64,000 nt of DNA from an uncultured delta proteobacterium. Lineage in GTDB: Bacteria > Desulfobacterota > Syntrophia > Syntrophales > UBA2192. Position 1 is the stretch's first letter. Each line of letters begins with the position of its first letter. A program made the position numbers and the translations under genes. The notes under the pieces were generated by a model that saw nothing but the letters and a program-made list of their open reading frames with translations, ran no database searches and was not told the origin of the DNA. The DNA lies in NCBI GenBank assembly GCA_963705165.1, contig CAVPJD010000026.1:33862-97861 (forward strand), read 5' to 3'. Below are positions 63,119 to 64,000 of the stretch, in pieces.

Positions 63119-63196
63119 CTATGGGCAGACCTCCCTAAAAAAGCCGAAAAAGCTAAAACCCGCAAAAAATCTGCCCACGCTGCGATATCGGTACAT
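63119..63196 (-). CDS. Phe-rich attenuation leader peptide MYRYRSVGRFFAGFSFFGFFREVCP
   Basis: GAGGG RBS, ATG, 7 Phe codons among codons 10-20, TAG; overlaps alternative hairpin segments. Confidence 0.88.
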   Translation of the reverse strand: MYRYRSVGRFFAGFSFFGFFREVCP

Positions 63197-63216
63197 GATT
63201 TCCCTCACTGGTTGAA

Positions 63217-63246
63217 CCTTTAACCGATCGGGGCAATGCCTGTCAA
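63217..63246 (-). promoter_or_regulatory. sigma70-type promoter of the leader/ABC operon
   Basis: TTGACA-N18-TAAAGG on the minus strand just upstream of the leader RBS. Confidence 0.5.
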
Positions 63247-63373
63247 TCATTTTTTTCAGTACCCCGCCCTCCGCGGAATCCCTTTTGACGGTCTTTCTCT
63301 TTGCCCGATGCGACCCGTGATTGTCTGGGGAAAGAAACTGTGGTAGAAATAAACGATATTTTAGGAGTCAAAC

Positions 63374-64000
63374 ATGAACCGTGAAATCTTCAGGGAATAC
63401 GATGTCAGGGGCCTCGTTGAAAAAGACCTCACGCCCGGTCTCGTCGAAAAACTCGGCCGGGCCGTCGGCACCTATGCGGCAGGCCACGCCGTGACGACGA
63501 TGACCCTCGGCCGGGACTGCCGCCTCAGTTCCGGCGCCCTTGGCGAGGCCATGAAGAAGGGGCTGCTCTCCACCGGTCTGGATGTCATCGATATCGGCAC
63601 CTGCGCCACGCCGATCCTCTATTTCTCCGTGCGCCACCTCAAAGCGGGCGGCGGCGTCATGGTGACGGGAAGCCACAACCCGCCCGAGTTCAACGGATTC
63701 AAGATCTGCGTGGGACCCGACACGATCTACGGCAGCGAGATCCAGAAGCTGCGTGAAATCATCGAGTGCGGGGCGTTCCGGTCAGGGAGCGGCAGGGCCG
63801 AAAGCCGCGACATTTCCAAGGTCTATCTCGACTACATCTACGAGAATGTGAAGGTGCGCCCCGGACTCCGGGTTGTCCTCGACGGCGGAAACGGCGTGGG
63901 GGGCTATTTGCCGGGCCCTTCTTCGAGCGTTTCGGCTGTGAGCTGACCAGCCTCAACGAGGAAATGGACGGCCGGTTTCCCAACCACCACCCGGACCCGA
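63374..64000 (+). CDS. phosphomannomutase/phosphoglucomutase, 5' part, apparent 1-nt deletion near 63908
   Basis: FREYDVRG, GRDCRLSS, TGSHNP; conserved DGRFPNHHPDP continues in another frame. Confidence 0.88.

Overview
A GC-rich chromosomal window, probably from an anaerobic Desulfobacterota/deltaproteobacterium (Syntrophales-like; inferred from gene content, not verified). It is mostly housekeeping: 4 tRNAs, tig-clpP-clpX-lon, corC-lnt-prfB, guaB, dnaE, iorAB, hom, recG, purMN, pfk, rpmB and recJ. It appears to span the replication terminus, with a dif site at 33617-33644 where KOPS motifs switch strand. Four regions stand out. (1) An unannotated 25-codon leader peptide with 7 Phe codons and a six-segment attenuator sits in front of an ABC-uptake/acyl-CoA ligase/phenylacetate-CoA-ligase operon, suggesting Phe-controlled aryl-acid salvage. 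(2) An IS110 bridge-recombinase element has donor and target guides that can be read from the sequence, and its empty target is a heptamer tandem repeat. (3) A lysine-2,3-aminomutase + two ATP-grasp ligases + GNAT cluster has an unknown product. (4) Two genes near the right end carry single-base frameshifts. No CRISPR array, rRNA or prophage was seen.
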